Notes: a model not told the origin generated them from the sequence alone. Shown: positions 11,601 to 24,218, counted from the first letter of the whole stretch. The stretch: 63,527 nt of DNA, filler included, from Choristocarpus tenellus KU-1152 (GCA_964200185.2; 10 parts of 10 records of this genome joined end to end with filler, not necessarily neighbours in it); one strand, 5' to 3'. Program-made: numbers and translations.

Positions 11601-13066
11601 TACCTCAGTCTTCACTGCTCTTACCTTCTTAGTCAACCTCGCCTCCCTACAAAGTTTCGTATTCGCCTTATCCGTCTCTCCTGCCTTTGCTGCAGATAAC
11701 TCTTTCTCTTCCAATTCCCCCCCAGCTCCTCCCCTCCCTTCCCCAGCACACTTCCCATCGTGAATTTTCTCTCTGTCAACTGCCCCCACCCCAACCATCA
11801 CTCCCCTTCCCTCCCCAAGGGCAACCTTTTCCCAATGCCTTCTCCCAACCTTTCCTCCCTGGGCAGGTCCATTTTCACTACCAGCAATGATTTCACCACT
11901 ACTTTGTTTCCCCTCCCTTCCCCTGGTCCCTTTTCTCACCTCCTTCCCTCCAGTCTCGCCATCAAGTTCTACTGCAATGCTGCCATCCACAGCTCTTTTT
12001 GAAGAGGACCTTGTTGATCGCTTAGGAGGAGCACTGTGATGCTGGACTTGCTCCTTTCCCTCCTCAGCAATAGCCAAAGTAGAAGGCCCCAATGCTGCTG
12101 CTGCTACTACTACCTCTTCTTCTGCTTTAGCTGCAGCCTCGGCCAAAGCAGACGCTTTTGCCCTGGGAGAGAACCAAATCATTCCTCTCCTGCTTATGGC
12201 ATCCACAGAAGTGGCACTAGTGCTGGCAAAGGTAGCGGCTGCACGAGCCTTAATAGTTGGGTCAATTGTCTTACATGGGGCAGCAGCGGCAGTGGTGGTC
12301 GCAGTACTCTTATCAGGGATGCTACGTCGAGTGGCAGGTGAGGAGGGAGTGGGGGTGAACGTCTTTATTTTCTCATCCTCATCAGCCTTGCTTAGTGAGT
12401 GCTTGAAGGTGCAGGTGTCTCCCCTCTTGCACTTGCCTGAGGTAAGCATGGCGAAGGGAGTTTGATATTTTCTAGTGATGAGGCAAAAATAATTTTCGTT
12501 TTAAGAGTAGAGGCCTATGCACGAGATGACTGGAGCCGTGGCATATACTGAAGATCGCAACACCATAGGTATACAAGCATTTAAGGACAGGAGAGGAGTC
12601 ATGGTTGAATTCTGGACAAACTTTATTGGTATATTATCTCTGATGGACTAGCTGGTATGCTCAACTACTTCGTCGCGGGTCGTGAGTATCCCACACCCAG
12701 AGTCCCATAGACCTACGTTGCCTTCAAATACTTCCGACCACATCGAGGAAGGAGCGAGCACCTTCTGGAGAGATGAGTAAATCGCTCTTGCTCGTATCTA
12801 AATGTGCTCAATCCGACCACAATCCCTTTTCGACACCAAGCGATAATGAAATGGGAGATATTCTCTTTGCCAATGCTCCAGGGGTTTTTGGAGGATGGAG
12901 CCCTACAGCCCATAAAGTGTCCTATTTTACCTTTTGCAAAGAACTTGCATTGGTGTGGATTTGGTTTGACAGCTTCCTTGGGCTTCTCGCATTCAATGTC
13001 GTTATGGGATTGGCTCTCAATATTGGCGTGTAAAAACATGCAACTGGACCCCTTGTTGCACCGACC
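8695..13066 (-). CDS. MKRN: Makorin-family CCCH zinc-finger / RING E3 ubiquitin ligase, partial; exons 12931-13066, 11387-12436, 9916-10874, 9298-9411, 8695-8825; in-frame TAA at 10381-10383
   Basis: CCCH fingers GRCNKGSSCMFLH, CKFFAKG|KCKRGDTCTFKH and CRFCSRGRCLNGDKCRFSH. Makorin-type RING SRKAECGVCLERVKNRFGLLVGCHHVYCISCIMEWRQK|SKDQDCPECKVTSPLVIPS...KLKLVERYR. All junctions are GT-AG and phase-consistent. Confidence 0.85.
10658..10768. repeat. 33-bp coding tandem repeat (x3) in makorin exon
   Basis: Encodes (KAKESSTAVVGL)-like units on the minus strand. Confidence 0.85.
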
Positions 13067-14206
13067 CTGCCAAGGTGGGCACAGAGGGTCATTAAGTAGA
13101 GTGCCTGAGCGGAAAAAAAATCAATATAAGGATGTGAGTAAGGACATGAGATTGAGAGGGTCAGTAGGGAACATCAATTCTTGACCTGGACAACGAAAAG
13201 CGACCGGAATAACGAGGCAGGAGGTTGTAATACTGATTGGTGGGTACGTGTCACAATTCCGTCGCCTTTTATTTATAGCTCTTTTTCGGAAAACTGTTGA
13301 GTTTCTGTAGGAGGTTAGTCCTTCGCTCAGGAATAGTGCGAGGGAGACTTCCAGTTAAGATCATCACTACTATTAAGATTAGCCACCTTAACGTAGAACA
13401 TGCAGGTCTTACGGCTCCTCTCATATGGAGCCATGACAGGCTTAGGTCCAATCCTCGGTCCCGTCCTACGTGAGCGCGAGTCGTACTAGTACGTTAGCAC
13501 TTTCTCTTCACCCCCGTTAGCACCTCATGACTCCACATCACCACTACCCCTATAGTTTCATGTTTTAGAAATGTGAATGGAAAGGGATTGATTGAGATGG
13601 AAGGGTTGCTTGCTTCTTCATTTTCAAACCTGGACCCCAATACAAAAATAAAAATAAACATTATAGATATGTATCTATTAAAGAGTCAAAATCAATGAAG
13701 GATGAAACTATGGGAGGACTACGAGAAGATTAGGTGTAGGGCTGTCCTCTTCTTTCTTCGAGGATACATCCATGTTTTTTCCGCACCACCATCGATGCCC
13801 ATGGAACAGTTGGTGGATCCACAGTTATATCCTCGGCATCCTCATCGTCTTCAGTGGAGGTGAGAAGATACATTTCCTTTGTTGTGTAGACCAGTTTGTA
13901 AGTGAAGGTCGTCCAGTGTCACCGTGTCTTGTCGGCACTCGAGGGACTAATTAGTTGACGACTCAATCTTATGCTGTGATAGAATGGTAAAAGACGCCGT
14001 CGGCCTTCCAAGGGAAGAATAGGGTGTAGGACAGGAAACTAAAGAGCGGGTTGAACACGCACATTTGCGTCGATTTTGGCGTCTTCCGACAGGGATCATA
14101 TACTGCTAGCTATAGAGACGGGCAACCCGATTAGGCAGGAGAAACCTAATCCCACTCTCGCCCTGTGGCATTCACACTCTTGCTGTGGAAATCAAACCCT
14201 TCTCAG

Positions 14207-14340
14207 TGGCAGCTGCTCTTGAGGACGACGACGTGACGTTCCAGGCATGGTTTCGAGAGAACGGAGGAGTTGCAGACGGTGTGTCCATTGGGCGCTTTCA
14301 TGGTATGGGGAGGGGCGTGGTGGCCACCCGAGATATCAAG
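14207..14340 (+). CDS. Exon of a SET-domain protein methyltransferase (SETD3/Rubisco-LSMT type), N-terminal SET region
   Basis: AG/GT-bounded exon encoding AAALEDDDVTFQAWFRENGGVADGVSIGRFHGMGRGVVATRDIK (FxxW...G...GRGVVATRDI motif). Confidence 0.75.
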
Positions 14341-14521
14341 GTAGAATGAGGGCACGTCCTGTCTTGAGCTGATCGCGTGGGCATGGGACATAGATTTCTA
14401 TCATTGCGTTCCGAACTATCTTCTTCGCTGTGGTATTTCTCATAAACTGGTTGTGACAGAAATAACACTTCTATGTGCAGGAAAAAGTCTGATCTGGAAG
14501 AAAATGTGCCTATGTCAATAA

Positions 14522-14695
14522 GGCTCAAAGTATCTAGGGGGAGGGGGTGGCAGCTGTCTTTCGGGGTCCATTTTTCCATGTCACCATTTTTGGGTGATTT
14601 GGTTGCATGCGTCGGATGGATAATGTAAGTTCACTTCTCCTGGTCAGGGTCCGAATGGACAACCTGGTGTAGATCCCCCCCCCCCCCCCCCCCCC
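14522..14695 (+). mobile_element. MITE family A copy truncated at its C-run by contig end
   Basis: GGCTCAAAGTATCT start and full family A body. Confidence 0.85.
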
Positions 14696-14795
14696 NNNNN
14701 NNNNNNNNNNNNNNNNNNNNNNNNNNNNNNNNNNNNNNNTTAATTAATTAANNNNNNNNNNNNNNNNNNNNNNNNNNNNNNNNNNNNNNNNNNNN
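14696..14795. other. Artificial contig linker
   Basis: N44-TTAATTAATTAA-N44. Confidence 0.98.
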
Positions 14796-15685
14796 GAAAT
14801 ACTGTACAAGGACTTGTGCACAAGGCTGGGGTTGAAGAGGATGGGAATGGGGTGGGACTGACAAGTGAGGGTGCAGTGGGCCATGTGACTTCCAGCGCGT
14901 CAGCAGAGTTGGGTTTGACGAAGAGACATTGCAACTATATGCCCGGGACTATGCATGGAGGTGCTGTGGCGGTGGCATCTGAGATAATTGGGGGATACTC
15001 TCGCCAAAGTGCATTAGACATGGACGCAACAGGTGAGACCATGGACTACATGACTGCTGTTGGTAGATCTGGGAAGGGGGGCGGGGCGGAGGAATACTCC
15101 AGTATAGGACAAATGAAGAGCAGGGAGTCAAGAGTGGCGTATGGGGCACAGGTTATAACTCTTCACATCATCACACCACTACTGTATATATCTACTATGT
15201 AATATATCTTAGCAGTTCATGTTCTGGTGCATGTGAGGTCTAGGACTCTCTAGTTGTTTTTTGTCTAGTGATGCGAGGCCTTGTCAGCTGATACCACGAT
15301 CAGTGACTCCAAAAACAGCTTTCCTGTCTGCATCTCACCGCCAGTTCAGTTCCTTGTGACCATTTCTTTCACATTCCTATTACGCCATTTCCTGTTCGAC
15401 CATGATCCCACAACTAATCAAATGTGCACCTTTCTTCACCAAATGCGCCCTTATATTATGGGAACATGTACCTGACCCACAGGGTCGATTCCACGGGTTC
15501 GGTTCATGGAGGTGCATTACATGGCCCCAGTCAAGAGGAGAGCATTGCTAAAGGCTGACTATATTCCCAGGGGAAATGAGGGAGGGGATACCACAACAGT
15601 CATGTTGACAGAAGCCAATGCAACTGAAGGGACTGGGAAGGGCATAAGCAGGCCAGCCTCGGAGGTTCGTCTACTTTGGAGATGA
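14796..15685 (+). CDS. HotDog-fold thioesterase (PaaI/ACOT13-like), 3' part; exons <14796-15032 and 15483-15685
   Basis: HCNYMPGTMHGGAVAVASE (N..G..HGG motif). Donor ACAG|GTGAGA (phase 1) joins CAG|GG to SIPRVRFMEVHYMAPVK...VRLLWR*. Confidence 0.75.
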
Positions 15686-16319
15686 GGGAGATATGTGTAG
15701 GCTTACATTGCAACCCTACAGTGGAATGCCTGTCTAGAATTGGAAAGGTGCTCCTCTTTCATTGACAATCCCTGACATCAACTTGAGAGGAATGCACCGT
15801 ATTTCCTTACGAGTGATTTGAATTGGTTCCTTGAAGTGTTTCTAGGCAAGGAGCACTCTAAGATGGTGGAATTCAGTCATAAGCAAAACCCAAACAAAAG
15901 AAATAATATTTATCGCAGCTTTTGAGCTTAGGTTTGACTCTGCTGTTGTGAAGGTGTATAGAGCAGTCCATGTCAGTCCAGCTAGAAAGACCCCTTACTT
16001 TAAAGAAAATTTTAATTGTCAAATGCATTTTTTGTTGCAATCTCCTGTTGAAATTTCGGAAGACTTTAGTACATCAAGAACGCAATCTTTTGGATCATTT
16101 GAGGAGTAATTAGAGTAACTTTTTTTATGTGTTCTATGTGTGTTCTATCTATGTATGCGTTTAATCCTTTTGTCATGTATGAGAGCACTAACAAAATTTA
16201 AAGTTTGAAAGGGTTTCTATTTCCATGGCGTAATGTGTTTGAACTTGTTACTGAAGTTCTTTGAAAGAGTGTAGAGTATTGGTGTGTTGTGTATTGAAGG
16301 TCTTTAAATGTGTATATAC

Positions 16320-16520
16320 CAACCTTTATGGTCTTGATTGAATCCCCTCTATGTACCCTATATGATTTCTTCTTAAAATTCTACACTTTGCTCCTGCTGG
16401 ATTTGCAGCACATGGTTAAAGTTAATACAAGTTCATGATATCAAAATATGTTTGCAAAATCTTTGTGGATGACTACTTGACCATTGCAAGAAAGCAGGCA
16501 AAGAAACGATCTGGGACAAA
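16320..16520 (+). pseudogene. Possible highly degraded reverse-transcriptase remnant
   Basis: Fragments NLYGLIESP and KIFVDDYLTIA in different frames resemble copia RT motifs (LYGLKQSP, YVDD). Many stops. Confidence 0.25.
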
Positions 16521-18481
16521 GAGAACAAGAAATTTACTGAGGACACGTATTCCGAAAGCACCCGAATTTCAAAAGAAGGTTGAGTTCAAAGTATTTTCCT
16601 CTCTAAACCAAATTGGAATGACTATACTGACACGAGATGTACTTGCTCCTGTCCCTCCTTGGTGACACCAATAAAATTACCTCAGAAAATAGGTAAGACT
16701 AAATGTTGTAGTGGCGCAATGTAGGAAGCTTTAGATGAGAAAATAGTGATTTTGTAGTGGAAGTATCTATTCTCCCCGGATGTTACCTCTTCTTCAAAAT
16801 GGTAAGAGAGGAGAAAAGCCTTGCACATTGTGTAAAGGTAAACAGACCATGCTTGTGTAAGCATCTTTCATAAATAAAACAATCCATACTTACGGAAGAC
16901 CAATGTCGATTATACTACAAAGTACCATCTTCCGATGCATCACCACATATCGTATCCTAAGTTGACGTCTGGTTTGATCCTGATCTTGTTGGAGTAGAGA
17001 TGTCTAAGCAAAAAACTTGATATTTCAAGGAGGAATATATACGTGCCCTATTAGCACCATGTACTGCAATAAAAGTGTTTTGCTAATGTCATGGGACCAA
17101 TATTACAAAAAGGATGCAATTCACATCCTTCCGTTACCATTATTAATTAATAATAGCACCTTAGGTGTAAAGTAACCCCTTAAGAATAATGACCAAAGCA
17201 CAATATGATTGTATGTTTTGAACCTATGTAAATCACACCCGCTCACTGGGTTAGAGATACACCTTTCTGGGCACAAGCTCAACCAATTTGTAATCGAGGT
17301 GCAATCCTTGTGTGTCAACAATGTCCTAGAAGACAATAGGGTGAAGGGCTATGTTCCTACATTTTCTGAAGGTAGTCTACTGAACACCTGCCATAGTGCA
17401 GTGCTATAATATGCTGCTATTTCAGCTTCAAGTGTGGAACTCCAGTTGGTGAAAGGATGGTGCCCCTTACACGCCGGAATGCCTCGTCTCGGCCTTCCAT
17501 GCACACAGCAACAGGCTCGCAACGAGCTACACCAGTGTCACGGGTCTACATCTGTATGTGCTGCTGCTGGGGCTTTGGTCAGGTCTAGTGTTGGAGGGCC
17601 ACATCCAGCTAACAACAATCGGTTTTGTTATTCTCAAGAAATATATCGATCAAGCCTGGAATGTTGTTGGCTGTGTGCATAATGCCGTGTGTATCAAATA
17701 CACACACACTCTCTAGCAGCATACAACGAGAAGGCTAAGTGACCCACTGTCTACTCCTGTTATTCCACCAAAATATTTATACTGTTGCACAGTACTGTTG
17801 CTTCTGTTGTGGAGGCTCAGTAGAACACATTCCAAGGTATTTATCTAGAGGTCTACATGTGCTTCAGACCGTATACTACCTATTATTCGTATTAACCGAG
17901 CACACATACATAGGCTCTCCAGATAGTTCTGTACTCTGGATTATGTATGTCTTAGATCATGGGGTGACAATTTTCCCGATATTGGGTGCTACGAGATACA
18001 ACAACTAGTCCCTGGTTCTAACTACGTGACTTTGTATTAGAGCTCTCAACAAATGATACTATGCAATGCAAGTGTGGAGCTTGTCCATTCCACACACATA
18101 CATGCAACGTATACACTTTGGAATACAAATTCCTTTGCATAGTACAGACCTCTATTCACATTGTATGTATATATGTATCATGATGCACTATTGTTGTGGT
18201 GTAAAGTCTCAATCAACCCACCTTTCAACTCCTCAATGTCAAGTTGTCAAGGTGTAAAGAATCTCTCTCTTCTCACTCAATTCCTCCCTCCCCCTGCCTC
18301 TCTTGACGCAAATATCAATTTGGGTGGGCGGCGGACGGGAATATGACTGGTATCCTTCTTACGTTCTTCTCACGTACAGGAACTCTGTAGGATTCAGAAA
18401 TATCTGTGAAGTCCTACATTCTAAGGAGTTGTGAATCGAGAGGTTTTGCCACCTAAAATTGATTACAATCGGCTGAGAGCT

Positions 18482-18661
18482 GCCTCAAAGTATCTGGGAG
18501 GGGGTGGCAACTGTCCATTGGGAGTCATTTTTTTCATGTCGCGATTTTTGGGTGATTTGGTCGCATACGTCGGATGGATACTGTATATGCACTTTTCCTG
18601 ATTTCGGTCCAAACAGACACCCTGGTGTAGACCCCCCTCCCCCTCCCAGATACTTTGGGAC
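18482..18661 (+). mobile_element. MITE family A copy with AGCT target-site duplication
   Basis: AGCT|GCCTCAAAGTATCTGGGAG...CTCCCAGATACTTTGGGAC|AGCT. Confidence 0.92.
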
Positions 18662-19776
18662 AGCTCTAACTGGGTAGCCGTCATCAATTGTCTGGGTCAT
18701 ACGGCCTCACACAACTGGTGAACAGCATATTATCTAAGAAAACGTTGAGGATAAGATAACATTCCACATCCATATATAATCATATATAATCTGATGTCAT
18801 TCGGCATGCGATACAAGAACTCACTTTTTTTGGGGTGTGTGTGCCCGCAGAATAACTTGTTGAACTCTCTGAAAAAATTGAGATTTTAGTGGCGCTCAAT
18901 CAATTCAATTGGTTAGTTTTGGCACTGATTCACAACTCCACAAACTCTCTCTCTCTCTCTTGCACACTAACACTAGACTGGATCGAATAATGTTCTTGAC
19001 AAAGGAGATGATGCATTAGCATACCATAGTATTTTTCCAATTGGAAGGTTACAAGAACCCGATAAAAAAGCACGGGACTCCAATCATTCCTTGTCATCAC
19101 ATCTACCATTATCAGAGGTGTATTCTGTCCCTCCTTTCCTAGGTCTCTTATCCCTTCTGTTTTGTCTGTTCACCACCAAAACAGGACCATTCACATCGAG
19201 GACGAAAACAATCTCACTCTAGTATTTTTTTTTTTCCAGATCAAATTATAACCATGTACTCTCTGAACACCTTCCAATCCTCACCACTTCAGAGCCCTCT
19301 CCTCAACCAAGCTCCTGTGAGAAGGCACATATTACTCAGTCTACAATGGAAAGAGATTTCTTCACTTCTCTGCCCCTACACCCCCCACCCAACCCCAGGC
19401 CACACCCAAGACACAAAAATCGGAACACCATATCACACAGTTACACACAAAACATTTATCCCCCCTAACCCCTACTCCAGCAACAACAGAAAGCTATGCA
19501 GACAAATGCAGGACAGAAACAGGGCTTGGAGAATATCCCAGAAGAAAGGCATGTAGCGCCACAACACAAGTGTAGCAGAATGTGGAACAATAAAGTACAT
19601 GGAAAGGCGGGCATGTCCACTCCAACCACTTAATCTTCCAATGAACCTTGTCCTCAGCTGCCTCCATCCCCTACATACAATTCTCTTTCACATCAATAGG
19701 GGAGTTATCACTGACAGAGCAGCTGCAGGCAAGACCCAACAACAACATATACCTACCAAGCACAAGCGAGCAACAA

Positions 19777-22700
19777 CTAAACCGTCCTTCTGTCCACAAT
19801 GGTGCGTACCACACAGCCACGCCCACCTCTCTCCAACACCTTAATTGTAGCGGAGCAGTTACACAAACAAGTTGGGCATGAGCACCGGGTGGGTAGCAAA
19901 GTGACTGCAACTCAGTGCTTTACTTCAACAGCATCAAAACTTCTTTTTACACAAGTAGTAACAAAGTAGTACTTTGAACTCTACACCCATTGAAGTATTC
20001 CATACTGCTCACTTCCAAGTTGATCGTATTTGTTGTAAGTGCCCTCTGATACACCAACCCTGCCAAATAAAAAACAACAAAAAGATTCAACAGTAGTGAC
20101 AGCATCCAAAATAAGTAATTACCATATTGCTCATTTTCAACAAGGACCCCAAATACCACAGCATATCAGACCTTCCATTCATATCAACCGCCCAAATCAA
20201 TCCTCCATCCAGTATCTCTGACCCAGCATTAAAAAGGGCACGAGTCTTGCCCTGTTTGTCTGTTCAGGGCTTGGGATTCCCACGGGGTTTTTATGCCCTT
20301 TTACGGTTTTCTAAAATGTATGTATGACTACGAAAACGACAATGAGAGGTGTGTCCACAACAACGATACTGACACATCCTTACAAACACAAGAGCCAAAA
20401 TGAATCAAAATCTCAACATTGAATTTAGGTCTGAACAGATGCAACCCTACCCTCTTGAATGCTTTGGGCCTCTGGGACATACACAACTTTGCAAAGACTA
20501 TATGAACCGACAGTACACCTCTCACACCTTAGCATGCCATTTGAAGAGGGTCCCGTTGTTCCGAGGCACTGAAAGCCCTCTGTACACATACTTGGTCAGG
20601 GTGTCCAAATCATCATCATCAAGTCCATTCACCAGGCCACCAATCTGATCCTCTCTCACAGAGTTCATTACCATCACAACACACTCTGCATTCTTCTTCT
20701 GCACTCCTCCCCCCCCCCCCACATACCAACACACATGCAATGTGTACAGCGCAAAAAATCTCAGGACAAATAGGCAGGCAGTAGCTTGTAATTGTTGTAC
20801 CCTATACTATCGGGGTAGAAAAAGATTAAAAAAATCTATACAGAATATGTAGAACACACATACATAAAGATCAAGATTCTACTATGGAATGTATGTAGTG
20901 AAAACAGAACCTAGTAGATTTGTTGAAACCAGGGTTGGGGGGAGAGATAGAAGCACAAGTGATTCCCTGATCTGCAACACCAACCTTAACCCCAAGCAGT
21001 CAAAATACAAATAGAAACATTTCATCACTGTAGGGAATCACAAAGTTGTATAAATACTCTATGAATCAAGGGGTGAGAACATCAACATCCATACCCACAG
21101 CTTCCACTTCTTTCAAAGAAGGATCACTATCAATAGGAATCAACTTTGTCCCCCCACCTCTCTCATACTCTTCACCTCAAGTAATACTTCAAGCACGTCA
21201 TCACCCAAACATACCAACATTTGGTGCTACATACACATAGGGTAATGACATTTTGTCCCAAGTGCCTTGCCTTGTGAACACAAGGTAGTGAAACACATAC
21301 TGCTAGTACTTCTACCCTGTTCATGCTGTTCACTCCTACTCCCCAAAAAATCTTGAAAAAGAGCTATTGCTAAAAAATAAAACGATGAGAAATTTCATTT
21401 ATTTGTAATCATAATACAATAATACTACTACGTATGTACACATATATCCTTAGGACAACAATACAATAACCAATATACATCATGAATCAACAATGGGGAT
21501 CCTTCCAAATCTAACTACTACCAAACACAGCAGTACTAAAAAATAGTTGATGAAACAACGGAGAGAGTGGCTGTCAAGATGGGCTAAGGCCTACCCTATA
21601 TCAAGCAATTTATGGATACCAGAATTTATTAATAACAGTGCTTTACAATCGTCTAAATAGCTCATGGAAAAGAATTTTCCTATCTTATTCCTTGCAAAGC
21701 AGAAGAATTTTACGTCTACTCACAAGCCCCACACTATATAAAAAAATAAGTAATACTTTCTCCGTTCAGCACCAGTTCAAATATTTTTCCGGACCAGAAA
21801 TTACACCACACCTGGAAGGCATTACTTACGACTTCGCAGCAGGCGGTGCAGGAGAGGTAGACTCAAGTCAGATTTCAAAGAACATTAAGGTAACATCTTA
21901 ATGGTTCTTGCGAGATACCCACAAAAAAACAAAAAACCCGTTTTATCTCACACCATCTAGGGGGAAGATATAGCGCATTTTGCAGCAGGGTGTTTGAAAC
22001 GATCTTGAACAAAGGAAGTGGAGTACTTCCCTTGATTAAAAATGCCTGAGTTACAACTTTACCCCACCAAGGACAGACAGGACTCCACACAAGCTCATGA
22101 TTCAACAAAACAGACAAAATTGGGGACACCATACCCGATGGGAGTGAGTCTTTTAAATTTTGATTTTTACTCACTCATCTCTTGGATTAGGGTCATGTTA
22201 CATCATTTCAACACGCCAAATTTTTTTGTTCACCAAAAGTCAAAGGGGCAAGGGAGGTCCAACCTGTATGAAAGGCACCTCCAACATTCTCGAGGCATTT
22301 TAAAGCCTGTGAACTCAACCACTTTCTACTCAGTCATAACTACACTCAAGAACCACGCTCTGGGCTTAAGGTATCTGGGAGAGGGGGGTGGCAGCTGTCC
22401 ATTTGGGGCCAATTTTTTCATGCCCCGAATTTTGGGGTGATTTGTTTGCATACATGGGATGGATACTGTAAATAAACTTTCCCTGATTTTGGTCCAAATG
22501 AATACCCTGGTGTAGACCTCCCCCTCCCCCCAGATACTGTGGGTCTTTGCACACACTAACCCGGGCCACCATGATTCGTATACACAATATATTTGTAACC
22601 CCTCACCAGAATTATACCAAAAATAATGCACTCGTACATACAAGTCTATATTTGATCACCCTTCACTCAAATTATAACCATATAATGAGTGAAGCAAACA

Positions 22701-23964
22701 CCTAATCTCACCTTGCATCCAACATGCACACACACACACAAACATGCCAAGAAGTGCATCTAGTTTGTGTGTTTTTCATGCTCCCAAGAACAAAAAGATA
22801 GAAAATATCTCAAACAGGATTTACCTTCACCCCATCATCCTTGCACATAACCGGGGGGTTCTCCAACGACTTCCTCAGTGCCGCAGCAGGGTCTCTGTGC
22901 AACAATCCACGGACTGTAGACTAATGACAACATTCAATTTTTCATTTCATTTGGCAGATGCAAAAGGAAGGATAAAAAAGACAGCACAGCAGTACCACTT
23001 AGGTTCAAAAATAGAGAAACACAAAAAAATATTGTGAGTGGTCTCAAGAGGCAACCAATGAAGATACTGCACCTCTTTGGAACACCCCTTTGATAGTGCC
23101 CCTTCCCTCTGATATTTGCTGTTGCCGCTACTTCACCCCCCCTCTCTCTCCCCCCTACCCAAAACAAGGCCATGAAAAATCTTGCTACTTGAGACAATGA
23201 TTTTGGCACAGCAGAGGCGCAAGATCTGTAACTATTGCATATTCACATTTTTGATGTAGTAATAAAGGAGTAGTAACTCAAGATAAACAATTTACAATCA
23301 ACAAAAATATGCAGCATCCCTTACACAAAAAATACGATGACCACAGCGAGATAAGAGAATAAGAGAAACTAAGACACAAAAACACAGACTGGCACGTAGT
23401 GCTAGATACAAATGCTTCTACCTTTCACCTTCCACCATACACAGATAAGGCAACACTGACCTCTCGCTGCTGCACTTCTGCAGCAGCTGCCGGATCCATG
23501 CACTCCTCACCCCTCACACCCCCACCCCCGTAGCCCTGGTAATGCCCACCTCCAACAGGTGCTGCATTCACATTCACAGGCTGATAGCCTTGCTGCTGAT
23601 GCCCGTAACTTGCCACAGGGGGTTGATACGAGGCTACAGGAGCAGGGGCTGGGGCTGGAGCTGGGGCAGGTGCAGGTGGCGAAGGCTGGTATGTGGTCCG
23701 AAGGCTCGAGCGAGGATCTGTTGCAGGTGCAGGTGCTGGCACAGGGGGTGCTGGCGCTGGTGGTTTGAAGGTGGAACGTAGGTTGACTCTCGGGTCAGGA
23801 GGGGAGGCATACGCCGGAGTGGGAACTGGTGCGGGATGCTCTATATGGCGCAGTTTCATGGTTGGGGCAGGAGTTGGGGCAGGGGCAGGGGCGGGTGCCT
23901 TGTAGGAATATTCGTAGCTCGGCTGAGCTGGTGGGGGTGGCTGATATGCTTGCGGGGCAGGGGG
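19777..23964 (-). CDS. ARPC5: Arp2/3 complex subunit 5 (p16-Arc) domain protein with long Pro-rich N-terminal extension, 5'-partial; exons 23461->23964, 22825-22920, 20528-20698, 19777-19839
   Basis: EVQQRE|STVRGLLHRDPAAALRKSLENPPVMCKDDGVK|KKNAECVVMVMNSVREDQIGGLVNGLDDDDLDTLTKYVYRGLSVPRNNGTLFKWHAK|VLERGGRGCVVRTIVDRRTV* matches the p16-Arc consensus (L.NPP, D.L.KY.Y.G, L..WH.K, G.G..VR...DRRTV). All junctions are phase 0. Confidence 0.9.
22363..22545 (+). mobile_element. MITE family A copy in ARPC5 intron
   Basis: GGCTTAAGGTATCTGGG...CCCAGATACTGTGGGTC, flanks TCTG/TTTG (4-bp TSD with one mismatch). Confidence 0.88.
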
Positions 23965-24064
23965 NNNNNNNNNNNNNNNNNNNNNNNNNNNNNNNNNNNN
24001 NNNNNNNNTTAATTAATTAANNNNNNNNNNNNNNNNNNNNNNNNNNNNNNNNNNNNNNNNNNNN
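23965..24064. other. Artificial contig linker
   Basis: N44-TTAATTAATTAA-N44. Confidence 0.98.
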
Positions 24065-24218
24065 ACTTCAACAACTCAATGTTTCTCCCACAGAATCATA
24101 TTTTACACATGAATAAAAAGCACATCCTTAACACAGCTAAACTCCACAAGCCACCGCAATCTTCCTTCTTCCCTCAAGCACCCAAAACATTAACCACAAA
24201 CCCCTGCCCCCCTCTTGC

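Noticed and set aside
10391-12465. Plus-strand ORFs (189 aa, 127 aa and others) as genes
   Set aside because: Antisense shadows of the low-complexity makorin exons. The same applies to 23542-23905, 37006-37587 and 54539-54976.
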